From Candidatus Bathycorpusculum termitum (lineage in GTDB: Archaea > Thermoproteota > Bathyarchaeia > Bathyarchaeales > Bathycorpusculaceae): a stretch of DNA of 64,000 nucleotides. The DNA is taken from positions 7,899 through 71,898 of the forward strand of contig JAIRTW010000002.1 of NCBI GenBank assembly GCA_031254875.1. The letters are read 5' to 3'. Shown here one piece after another: positions 40,954-49,899 of the stretch. Within the stretch, counting starts at the first letter, position 1. The number at the start of each line of letters is the position of its first letter. Position numbers and translations under genes: made by a program. The notes beneath the pieces are model-generated. The model was given only the letters and a program-made list of their open reading frames with translations, was not told where the DNA came from and searched no databases.

Positions 40954-43277
40954 ACCTATCTGCATTGATCCATACCATGCTGAAAGATAAAAAGAAGCTC
41001 GAAGTTGCTTTTATAGCTGTTTTCTCAGCAGTTATTCTAATCCTCTTCTATACTGTTTTGTCGATGAACGGGGTGATTTTAGGCAACGATCCGGCGGTGC
41101 ATCTCGAGAAATCCCGCATATTTCTAGACACCGGGCAGATACCACTAGGCAACCTAGGCTGGACTCCGCCACTCTACCAAATCGCGCTTGCCATGCTTAT
41201 ATCTCTTAGCGGCGCCAGTGACATTGGGCAACTCATCTTTCTTGTTAAGGTTCTAACCATCATTGTTAACTGGCTCATGGTTATGGCTGTTTATCTACTG
41301 GCATCCAAGGTTTTCACCAAAAAAATCGGTGCCATCGCTTCAGTTTTGTTGCTGTTTTGTTTTCCAGTATTTGAACTCAATCAATGGGGCGGCAGTACAA
41401 GTGTTTTGGGCATAGCATTTTTGATGCTTCTTTTGCTGTATCTGCCGTTGTCGGTTGAAAAATTCAGATACCTAATAGTGACCTTTTTTGCCGCGCTCTC
41501 GGTTGTGCTGGCTCATCAGCTGGCGACTTTTTTGGCTGTGTTGATTCTATTGCCGATTTTGATTTATATGCTTATAAAGTCCCGGGGTGCATCTCTTAAA
41601 GTCTTGGCGGCGCTGGTTTTTGGCGGAGGTATAGTCTTTGTCCTCTACTATCTCGGTGCCATGATAGGCTATATCGGCGTAATGTTTGAACACCTGTTTT
41701 TTAGTCAAAAAGCCTATGCCTACCAAATAGGCGCCACTACTCTAAACTCGTTTATCGTCAACTTTGGCTTCATATCACTCTTAACTATAGCCGGTGTTTA
41801 TTTTGCCTATAAACAGCTCAAAGCCGTCAAGCGAATGGCGTTTTTTATAGTTTTAATTTCCGCGTTGATTATTCCGTTTATACTAGCGGAATCTCATCTG
41901 TTGGGTTTGTATCTGCCTTTCCAGTGGTTCATCTATTACTTGATGCCGCCTATGGTTATTTTTGCTGCAGTTACCATTGCATTTGTTGCGCAGAAATTCG
42001 TAGATTTCTATACCAGACATCGAGCTAGTTTCCGCAAAACATGGGTTAGAGCGGTTTCGGTTGTTTTAATCATAGCAATGTGTTTAGCGGTTGGTGTCCG
42101 TTCAGAGGTGGTTTATGGAAAAATAATGGAGGCCGGCACATTCTACTCCACCTCGGATATAAAAGCCTACGATGCAGGCATCTGGCTCAAAGACAACTAT
42201 CCCGAGAACGCGTCAGTAGTTGTTACAGAGGTTCCGGGGTTTTGGTTTCAGGTGTTCTCCGATAAATCTGTGATCGCCCAAACTAATCCCATTATCGAGA
42301 GAAACCTGATTGCTGAATCCGTTTTAACTCTGTCTTATGAGATGGAGCATCCGCAGACTCTGCTAAAAGCTTATGGAGCAAAGGGAGACATCTCAGACGA
42401 AAACTATGTTACCATAGATCACGTTTGGAACCGCGTAGCGTATTCCTCGGCAAACGGTGATTTTTTGTATTTCACCCAAGACGGCACAAAGCAGCAACTT
42501 CCCCTGTCTGCTTTAGGCAAACAGATCACTTTTGAAAGCCAAAGTGACACCAAAAAAATCAACTTTATCTACTCTAACGAAAACTTTACAGTGACCAAAA
42601 CCGTGCAGTCCCAAAACAGCACCTACGCCTGGGATGTTTTTTGGACGGTTACGCCACTGATGAGCAGCGTATCTAATGTCACACTGTATCTGAGCACCTT
42701 CTTTGATCTCCGCTTCACCTTTGACAAAGTGCAGATTCCCCAAGCGATGGATTGGGTTAACCCATGGGACGCCGATCCCATCAGAGTAACCAAGCCGGAA
42801 ACCAACAATCCTCAAGCTGACTGGGCAGTTGCTGGCTTTTTAAACACAGACCTCAAAGACGGCTATTTAGGCATCTATGACAACCAAAACAACATTGCGT
42901 ATGCGTTTAACTTTACGGATCGCCCCGAATGGGGAAACATTGGGGCCTTAGCTAACCGTCAGATTGATGCTGTACGATTTCAGTATTCTTTTAGCGATGT
43001 CGGCATTAACCAGACAGCCAAGTGTTCCTATCAGATATTAACTCTCTCAAAGGATAGTTTCCCACAACTTACACCTGACAACTTGAAAGACCTGTTTAAC
43101 TACCCAACTGCAGAGTTTACAGTAATGACACGAGACTACAGCGACTACATCCGCGAAAATAACATAGGCTTCATCGTCTACGACCGAAACCAGCTTGACA
43201 CACAAATCATCCACAGCAAAATACTGCAACTCATCTACTCAAACGATCGATATGTCATCTTCAAAATCCAGCGTTAA
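40950..43277 (+). CDS. GT-C fold, AglB/STT3-like polytopic membrane protein B
   Basis: GNDPAVH; W.PPLYQ; many TM segments; WLKDNYPENASVVVTEVPGFWF. Overlaps gene A by 4 nt. Confidence 0.65.
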   Translation: MNLSALIHTMLKDKKKLEVAFIAVFSAVILILFYTVLSMNGVILGNDPAVHLEKSRIFLDTGQIPLGNLGWTPPLYQIALAMLISLSGASDIGQLIFLVKVLTIIVNWLMVMAVYLLASKVFTKKIGAIASVLLLFCFPVFELNQWGGSTSVLGIAFLMLLLLYLPLSVEKFRYLIVTFFAALSVVLAHQLATFLAVLILLPILIYMLIKSRGASLKVLAALVFGGGIVFVLYYLGAMIGYIGVMFEHLFFSQKAYAYQIGATTLNSFIVNFGFISLLTIAGVYFAYKQLKAVKRMAFFIVLISALIIPFILAESHLLGLYLPFQWFIYYLMPPMVIFAAVTIAFVAQKFVDFYTRHRASFRKTWVRAVSVVLIIAMCLAVGVRSEVVYGKIMEAGTFYSTSDIKAYDAGIWLKDNYPENASVVVTEVPGFWFQVFSDKSVIAQTNPIIERNLIAESVLTLSYEMEHPQTLLKAYGAKGDISDENYVTIDHVWNRVAYSSANGDFLYFTQDGTKQQLPLSALGKQITFESQSDTKKINFIYSNENFTVTKTVQSQNSTYAWDVFWTVTPLMSSVSNVTLYLSTFFDLRFTFDKVQIPQAMDWVNPWDADPIRVTKPETNNPQADWAVAGFLNTDLKDGYLGIYDNQNNIAYAFNFTDRPEWGNIGALANRQIDAVRFQYSFSDVGINQTAKCSYQILTLSKDSFPQLTPDNLKDLFNYPTAEFTVMTRDYSDYIRENNIGFIVYDRNQLDTQIIHSKILQLIYSNDRYVIFKIQR

Positions 43278-43290
43278 CCATATTCTTTCG

Positions 43291-43933
43291 CTATAAAAAC
43301 GCTATATAAAACAGAAACCAGCAACCACTTATTTGTAAGAGACCGAAACCAACAGTTACTACAACGGGAACACCTTCTATCCAAGTGCCTGTTTCCAGGG
43401 TAACAGGGGATATTTGGGGGATAACAGATAAAACGGCATTTTGCTCATCATAGTCGGTGTTTAATACCGTTATTAGATTAGAGGGATAATCGGTGCCGGG
43501 TATCCAAGTTTCAGCAAGCCAAGTATCATCGAGATAGACACCCTCAACCACCCCGCCTCTACCAAACGCCCTAAAGTATTGGGGAGAGTCAAATAGGGCA
43601 CGGCTTATGTACATTCCGCCCAATGCTGAATCCAGTTGTTCTACGTGCTGGGCTCCTGCAAACCCTGTTTCATAGAGGTGCCCTTCCCTGCCAGAGAGGT
43701 TGGTAATATTGGCAACGATTGTATAAGCAACCATTAGCTCAGCATCGTCCACCTCACTTACGCTAAGGTCAGCATACACCATGTCTATGTTAAAGTATGC
43801 TTTGGGACCTTCAGGAATCCTTGGAAAGGGAGGAACATCCATCATAAACAAAGGCGCAGCAAATACGGTTCCAGCCATCAAAAGCCAAAACAGCAACTGC
43901 AACGAGCTTCAGATTAAAGTCCATACGTTTCAC
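43291..43933 (-). pseudogene. Frameshifted, probably 3'-truncated membrane-anchored protein gene
   Basis: Upstream frame (GTG 43933/ATG 43924) reads MDFNLKLVAVAVLA. Removing one T from the T4 run at 43880-83 joins it to the MAGTVFAAPL frame. The sequence appears to degrade after WIEGVP. Confidence 0.55.
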
Positions 43934-44062
43934 CACTAGATAGTGTAGATTAGGTACTTATTAGCTCTGATGATAGAACAATTTGTTCTAGTCCAAGAAC
44001 AACAGACCCCGAAAGAACCGACAACTAGAAGGAAAGGGGTTGGACAGGATAATTTGTTGGAG

Positions 44063-44140
44063 TGGCGGGCCCGCTGGGATTTGAACCCAGGATTCCCGGC
44101 TCCGGAGGCCGATGCCTTATCCGTGCTAGACTACGAGCCC
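44063..44140 (-). tRNA. tRNA-Arg(CCG), CCA encoded
   Basis: GGGCTCG acceptor stem; anticodon arm TCGGC-CTCCGGA-GCCGG; GGTTCAAATCC T-arm; CGGGCCC-G-CCA. Confidence 0.96.
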
Positions 44141-44183
44141 ACAAACAAGCAAACAAACACAGATAATTTAAAGCTAACCACCG

Positions 44184-44684
44184 TTATTCTTGGATTAATT
44201 CTTCGTCAAGCCACCATGCCTTCTTCTTTCCCGAACGTTCCCCCGCATAGTATTCAATGATGGATTTTCCCGCTTGCCTTTTGCTGTTTTTTTCGATTTT
44301 CTGCAGTCTGTTTAGCACCAGCCACCGGTTGGTTTTGAGGTAATCGGCTATTTCTGGTGTGGTGGCGGATTTGTAGTTTAGGAGGTATTCGATGATTTTT
44401 CGGTCGATGTCGTCTTGGGCGTATTGGTAGGGGTTGATTTTGCCATGTTTGAAAGTGAGAATTTCAAGGTCGGATAGGTATTTTTTGATTTGGCCAAAAT
44501 GTTCTTCTAGTTGCGTCATGCGTTGTTCGAGGGCTAAGAGTTTGTCTGGTTTGGGCGTTGTTTGTAGTTTCTCGGCTATAGCGTCTCGGATAAATATACT
44601 TCGGTCGCCTTCTGGAATGCGCAGAGCAATTTCTTGGTATATTTCTTCAGGTAGCTTAACGGTGACAACCCGCAGTTCAGTCAT
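44184..44684 (-). CDS. Ribbon-helix-helix plus winged-HTH regulator
   Basis: VVTVKLPEEIY...RSIFIRDAI (RHH); coiled coil; DDIDRKII.YL...TTPEIADYL (HTH). Confidence 0.75.
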   Translation of the reverse strand: MTELRVVTVKLPEEIYQEIALRIPEGDRSIFIRDAIAEKLQTTPKPDKLLALEQRMTQLEEHFGQIKKYLSDLEILTFKHGKINPYQYAQDDIDRKIIEYLLNYKSATTPEIADYLKTNRWLVLNRLQKIEKNSKRQAGKSIIEYYAGERSGKKKAWWLDEELIQE

Positions 44685-44742
44685 GCTTTAGACCTTAGGG
44701 TTAATATGTATGCTTTGTATTTCATATTTTCCCCAATCCCTG

Positions 44743-44764
44743 TTATCCGAAATAAAGCGGATAA
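44743..44764. promoter_or_regulatory. Candidate operator TTATCCG-N8-CGGATAA
   Basis: Perfect 7-bp inverted repeat in the divergent promoter between the regulator and the aldolase-glpX operon. Confidence 0.4.
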
Positions 44765-44813
44765 GTAATAAGGCATTTATTGGAGAAAAAACAGATAAAA
44801 GTACGGTGAACAC

Positions 44814-45728
44814 ATGACTGATTGGTCAAAGAATGACTTGTTGATTCTAGCGTTTGATCATCGTGCATCTTTTATTGAAAAATTATTCGGAATTAAAGGC
44901 CGCCCCCCAACAGCTGAAGAGAAAAGAGGCATCCAAGAGGCCAAACAGATAATTTTTGAAGGTTTCAAACTGGCGCTCCAAATGAAGGTACCTAAAGAAA
45001 TCGCGGGTTTATTGGTTGATGAAGAGTTCGGTTCGGACATTCTTCGGGAAGCCAAGCAGAATGGCTTCCAATTCGCTATGCCGGCGGAAAAATCTGGGCA
45101 GGATGAGTTTGATTTTGAGTATGGCGATCAATTCAGTGAACACATCGAGAACTTTAGCCCTACGTTTCTCAAAGTGTTGGTACGCTACAACCCTGAGAGT
45201 GATTTGGCTCTCAATCATCGGCAACTACAGCGGCTCAAAAAACTCAGTGACTATCTTGCAGAAACCAAGCGGCCGTTTCTCTTTGAACTCATCGTCCCAG
45301 CAACTCCTCTGCAACTGGCTAAGTTGGGTGGCTCCAAAGAAAAGTATGACACCGAATTGCGCCCTCAGCTTATGGTTGAGAGTATAAAGCAGATTCAAGA
45401 CGGCGGAGTCGAACCGGCGATTTGGAAACTCGAAGGTGTTGAGAAACCGGAATCTGCCAAAAATGTTGTTGCACAAGCCCAAAGTGGCGGACGCAAGGCA
45501 GGTGTTATCACCCTGGGACGCGGTGAATCCAAAGAGAAAGTTCAAGAATGGCTCAAAGTCGGTGCAACAATTCCGGGCATCATCGGCTTTGCAGTCGGAC
45601 GAACTATCTTTTGGGATCCATTAGTTGAATTTAAAGCAGGAAAACTTGATGAGAAACAAGCGGCTGAAAAAATTGCTCAGAACTACATTGAATTCGTAGA
45701 TTTATGGCAAAATGAGAGGAAAAAGTGA
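44814..45728 (+). CDS. DUF2090/LacD-like class I (Schiff-base) aldolase
   Basis: LILAFDHR, GLLVDEEFG, LKVLVRYNP, FLFELIVP, IWKLEG (Schiff-base Lys), ITLGRG, GFAVGRTIF. Confidence 0.8.
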   Translation: MTDWSKNDLLILAFDHRASFIEKLFGIKGRPPTAEEKRGIQEAKQIIFEGFKLALQMKVPKEIAGLLVDEEFGSDILREAKQNGFQFAMPAEKSGQDEFDFEYGDQFSEHIENFSPTFLKVLVRYNPESDLALNHRQLQRLKKLSDYLAETKRPFLFELIVPATPLQLAKLGGSKEKYDTELRPQLMVESIKQIQDGGVEPAIWKLEGVEKPESAKNVVAQAQSGGRKAGVITLGRGESKEKVQEWLKVGATIPGIIGFAVGRTIFWDPLVEFKAGKLDEKQAAEKIAQNYIEFVDLWQNERKK

Positions 45729-46717
45729 TAGACATGACATCGCTAAGATCGTTGTCTCCATCCCTGACACGAATAACCACCGCCGGAGCAGTCGGAGCTG
45801 CACTACACATAGGCAAAGGCGATTCTGACAAGGTAGACCAAATTGCTCTGGATTTTTCCAGAGCCGTCCTCAACCAAACGGAGGTGGACGGTGAAGTTAT
45901 CTGTTGTGAAGGCCCCAAAGATAATGCCCCTGCCTTTAGCTACAAAGAAAAAGTCGGCACCGGCAACGGACCCAAAGTTGAATTTGTCATCGACCAAGTT
46001 GACGGCACAACTGCCACCTCAAAGGGTAAAAAAGACGCTATCTCCGCCTTAGCCTGCGCTCCAGCAGGTTGTCTTCAGGTGTTGCCTGATGATGGCTATT
46101 ATTTCAAAATAGCCACCGACGGCCAATCCAAAGGTAAATTGTCCGCGGATATGACTTTTGAAGAAATCGTGCAAACTGTCGCAAAACAGAAGGGACTAGA
46201 TCTTTCCAACTTTACGGTGATTATGCTAGAACGGGAGCGTCATCAGAGTCTGCTTGAACGGCTCAGAAAGCTGGGGGTACGGCTTATTTTGATAACCGAC
46301 GGTGACATTGCCGGATCCATCGTTACCTGCCTGCCCAACTCAGGCATCGATTTACTAATAGGTGCAGGAGCGGGAGCGGAAGCAACCATAGCGGCAACCG
46401 CAGTGAAATGCTTAGGTGGCACGATGTTGGTTAAGGTTTGGCGTGACAGAAAAGACGATGCCAACAGGCTCAATAGACTGGAGGCTGCAGGCGTTGACAT
46501 TAACAAAACTTACACTGAAGACGAATTGGCAAAGGGCAACGAGATGATATTTGCAGCATCGGGCATCACCAAAGGCGAATTACTCGACGGCGTCAGATTC
46601 ACTCCAACCGGCGCAATCGTTAAATCTATCTGCACCCGGTTGCCCAGTGGAACCCTTGAATGGTCAGAAACCAATCTCAAATTCAAAGGACACCCAGTCT
46701 ACAGCCACATAACCTAA
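45725..46717 (+). CDS. glpX: Class II fructose-1,6-bisphosphatase GlpX
   Basis: GKGDSDKVD, EG.KDNAP, IDQVDGT, LERERH, LITDGDIAG, FAASGITKGELLDGV. Overlaps the aldolase stop. Confidence 0.88.
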   Translation: MIDMTSLRSLSPSLTRITTAGAVGAALHIGKGDSDKVDQIALDFSRAVLNQTEVDGEVICCEGPKDNAPAFSYKEKVGTGNGPKVEFVIDQVDGTTATSKGKKDAISALACAPAGCLQVLPDDGYYFKIATDGQSKGKLSADMTFEEIVQTVAKQKGLDLSNFTVIMLERERHQSLLERLRKLGVRLILITDGDIAGSIVTCLPNSGIDLLIGAGAGAEATIAATAVKCLGGTMLVKVWRDRKDDANRLNRLEAAGVDINKTYTEDELAKGNEMIFAASGITKGELLDGVRFTPTGAIVKSICTRLPSGTLEWSETNLKFKGHPVYSHIT

Positions 46718-46802
46718 ACCTTTTTTCAGTTTATTTTATTTTCTTCTTTTAGTCGATTGCCTCAATAAACGGTTATTTTGCTGATCTAATTAATGAAAGG
46801 GG

Positions 46803-47375
46803 CTATTCGGTTGGGACAGGCACACCTGCGAGTTTAGAAAGCTCCAGATATCGTTGTTTTGTGATAGATTGCAGTTTTTTGCGTAGTTCCTCGCCGGGGA
46901 GGTTTTTTTGTTTAAGCAGGATTGATTTTTTAGCAAGCTCTTCGTCACCTAAACCCTTAAACCACGCTTCGAAGTCACCGCGTTTAAGGTGAAATTCAAG
47001 CGAGCTGATGTCGACTTTTTCGAGTTTTGTAGTGAAATCCCGCAGATTATGAGCATGAATACTTAGCGGTTTATCAACCGTTGCATAAAAGTTGAAGGCT
47101 TTATCGTGTGGTGCATAGGAGAGTATAGCAAGGGCTTTCTCTTTGGTGATTTCCGGTATGCCCAGTACGCGTTTGCCGTTCTCAGTTATGGCATAGAGGC
47201 CTTTTTCGGGTAAGCCCACATAGCCCATGCGCTGGAGTCCTAAGAGATGCATCATGACCGGCTGAAACTCTTTTTCGGCATCTTTAGCGATATCCATGGC
47301 TTTCTGCGGTTTTTCGCTTAGAAGCATTGATTCCAGTATTTCCTGTTTAGCGGGTGGCAAACTCATACAGAACAC
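46803..47375 (-). CDS. Winged-HTH plus DUF5752-like domain protein
   Basis: N-terminal wHTH; C-terminal AFNFY...AHNLRDF..KL..V...SLEFHL.RGDF..W. Confidence 0.7.
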   Translation of the reverse strand: MFCMSLPPAKQEILESMLLSEKPQKAMDIAKDAEKEFQPVMMHLLGLQRMGYVGLPEKGLYAITENGKRVLGIPEITKEKALAILSYAPHDKAFNFYATVDKPLSIHAHNLRDFTTKLEKVDISSLEFHLKRGDFEAWFKGLGDEELAKKSILLKQKNLPGEELRKKLQSITKQRYLELSKLAGVPVPTE

Positions 47376-47527
47376 TTGCCTCTATGACTATATGGTTCCA
47401 GTCTAATCAAACTTTTCCTCACAACCCACAATGGTACAGGAGATTACCGGGGTTAAGTGCCAGCGGGATGGGTAAAGTTTTAGTATACAGATTTTCTTAC
47501 TCCTACAAGTGACGGTGACTTGAACGC

Positions 47528-48778
47528 ATGAAAATTGCTGTCTTTGTCTACGAATACCCCCCAAAAATCGTCGGCGGACTCGGCACCTATGCCGCTGAAA
47601 TCACCCGCAAATTCGTCCTAAACGATCACGACGTAACAGTCTTCACCATGAATGATGATGCCGGTTCCATGCCAACCCGCGAAATCTGGCGCGGCATAGA
47701 AATCCATCGCCCCCTCCACATCGATATCTCCGATTCACTTCCAGATGTCATATCTGAGGACATCAAAAAATGGGGACGCGGACAACAGCTCTTTGGCAAA
47801 CTCATGGTTTACAATTATCTCTCCGCAGCCAAACTCATCAACGAACTAATTAAACATGAAGGCATGAAATATGACGTTGTAGTTGCTCACGACTGGCTCT
47901 CAGCTATGGGTGGTGTAACCGTTAAACGTGAAACAGGTTTACCGTTTGCTTTTCATGTACATTCCACCGAGAAAGGCCGCACCATGGGTACCGGCTCAGG
48001 CGTAGTCAGCAACATCGAACTGCGTGCCGGCAAGATGGCAGATATGGTTGTCACAGTTTCCTATGCCATGAAAGACGAACTTATCGGATTGGGTTTTCCA
48101 AGGGAGAAAATTCAAGTCAGCTATAACGGTGTTGACCCACAGAAGTATAATCCGGAAAACATTGCTAAAGAGGATATTCAACGGATACGCGCCAAATACG
48201 ACATCAAAGACGACGAAACCATGATACTCTTCATAGGCAGACTAGTCGGTGTGAAAGGCGTAGACAAACTCATCCTATCCATGCCCCACATACTATCCAA
48301 GATACCCAAAGCTAAACTGGTCATCGTCGGTGTCGGCGACCTCCAAGAGTACCTCACCAACCTAACTCAAATAACTAAAATGGGTAATTATGTTAAATTT
48401 TGCTTCGACTTTATCCCTGAGGAAGAACGAATTCTCCACTATGCGGCGTGCGATATCGCGGTGTTCCCAAGTTTCTATGAACCATTTGGTATCGTTGCTT
48501 TGGAAGCCATGAGTATGGAAAAACCCGTCGTCGTAGGAGCGGCCGGTGTGAGCGGTATGCGAGAAATCGTCATCTGTTGCGGACCCGAACAATGCGGCTA
48601 TCATATTGACCCTTACAATCCAAGTGACATTGCATGGGGCGTCACCAGCGCCCTCGAGTCGGTGAATTGGGCAAAGAAGCTAGGTAAAAATGGCAGAAAG
48701 CGTGTCTTGTCAGAGTTCACTTGGAGCAAAATTGCTGAGAAAACTGTGGAGCTCTATGAAACGATCCTTAAACGATGA
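47528..48778 (+). CDS. Glycosyltransferase family 4, glycogen/alpha-glucan synthase-like
   Basis: EYPP.IVGGLG, VAHDWLS, HVHSTE.GR, FIGRLVGVKG, YEPFGIVALEAM. Confidence 0.85.
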   Translation: MKIAVFVYEYPPKIVGGLGTYAAEITRKFVLNDHDVTVFTMNDDAGSMPTREIWRGIEIHRPLHIDISDSLPDVISEDIKKWGRGQQLFGKLMVYNYLSAAKLINELIKHEGMKYDVVVAHDWLSAMGGVTVKRETGLPFAFHVHSTEKGRTMGTGSGVVSNIELRAGKMADMVVTVSYAMKDELIGLGFPREKIQVSYNGVDPQKYNPENIAKEDIQRIRAKYDIKDDETMILFIGRLVGVKGVDKLILSMPHILSKIPKAKLVIVGVGDLQEYLTNLTQITKMGNYVKFCFDFIPEEERILHYAACDIAVFPSFYEPFGIVALEAMSMEKPVVVGAAGVSGMREIVICCGPEQCGYHIDPYNPSDIAWGVTSALESVNWAKKLGKNGRKRVLSEFTWSKIAEKTVELYETILKR

Positions 48779-48955
48779 TGATCTGCTATTGGCTTTTATG
48801 GGCTGGGCATCAAGTTGCTGTTTGTTTATGTGGCAAAAGACAATAAGAAGCGAACCCAAGTTGTAAGACTTGGATATCCATTTTTGCTCTGACCTAAATC
48901 TTGGGTTATGCGGTGTTTTCATCAAAAAAGCACATAAACCTCGTTTAGATAGTTT

Positions 48956-49381
48956 ATGTGTAAATTGATTCCTATGGCTGTGAGTAAAAAAGACATCAAA
49001 AAAATGTTCCCCAATCTCTACCGTGAACTCGAAGAAGGGGGAGAAAACAGCGTTTCCATCGATGGAATTCGAGAAAACGCAACTGAAGCTGAAAATGAAA
49101 TTAGCGAATGCACAGAAACCCATCAACATGAAAAAAAGTTGCCGCAACGCACTCCTATGCCGGATAAACTACGCCATTTTAACCCGCAGGCAGTGGATTT
49201 TCTGCGGCGATGTGATACCACAGAGCAGGCTGAGGAAATTATTGCTTATCTGCAGAATAAGGGCGAAATCACCAAAGAATACGCCGCGGAACTCCGAAGT
49301 CAGCTTGAGAAGGGCGGGGTGCGGAGTTTTGGTCCTAAAAAAGAGGAGAACTATTATTTCCACGAAGGCGGTATCGCCTAG
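48956..49381 (+). CDS. DUF2095-like protein
   Basis: FKKMFP-like start, P.AVDFLRRCDT.EQAEEII.YL...GEIT, G.RSFGPKKE..YY. Confidence 0.75.
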   Translation: MCKLIPMAVSKKDIKKMFPNLYRELEEGGENSVSIDGIRENATEAENEISECTETHQHEKKLPQRTPMPDKLRHFNPQAVDFLRRCDTTEQAEEIIAYLQNKGEITKEYAAELRSQLEKGGVRSFGPKKEENYYFHEGGIA

Positions 49382-49487
49382 GCATCGCTCCGGACCCGTC
49401 TTATCACTTAACGTACTATAAACTACCAAAAACCCCATGAACTAAAACGCATGCGTTTCATTTAGTGGATGTTTGAATGCTGAGTAG

Positions 49488-49835
49488 CTATTCAACTGCC
49501 TGTCTGCATATCACTGCTACGGTTTTGGTGACGGGTTTAGGCTGGTAGATAACGACTTTGTCTTTTTCTTCTTTGGTGACTAGTTGGTGTGTTTGGGCGA
49601 TGGTTTGTATTTGGTTTTTTGTTTCGTCATCTATATTGAGGTGAATATGAACTTGGTAACCGGTGGAAAGCGGGTCGTTTGCTGGAGAATTAATGAGTGT
49701 GACAGCGTCAGGTGATATCTGCCTGCAAGCGCTGTTGATTTCTTTGAGGCAGGCGACTGCTTCATATCGCTTCATTTTACAAATTCCCACATAATCTGTG
49801 TCGTATATAACAATATAAATCTTGGCATTTTCCAC
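49488..49835 (-). CDS. Hypothetical protein
   Basis: 115-aa ORF filling the gap with protein-like composition; true start may be the internal MKRYEAV. Confidence 0.55.
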   Translation of the reverse strand: MENAKIYIVIYDTDYVGICKMKRYEAVACLKEINSACRQISPDAVTLINSPANDPLSTGYQVHIHLNIDDETKNQIQTIAQTHQLVTKEEKDKVVIYQPKPVTKTVAVICRQAVE

Positions 49836-49899
49836 ATATCCACAACGTTTTCTATATGGTGTTCTAAATATGTGCTGTGATGAAACAAATCAAAATTAA

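Noticed and set aside
43970-44260. 96-aa plus-strand ORF
   Set aside because: It is the antisense shadow of tRNA-Arg; the same applies to 61428..61652 over tRNA-Gly.
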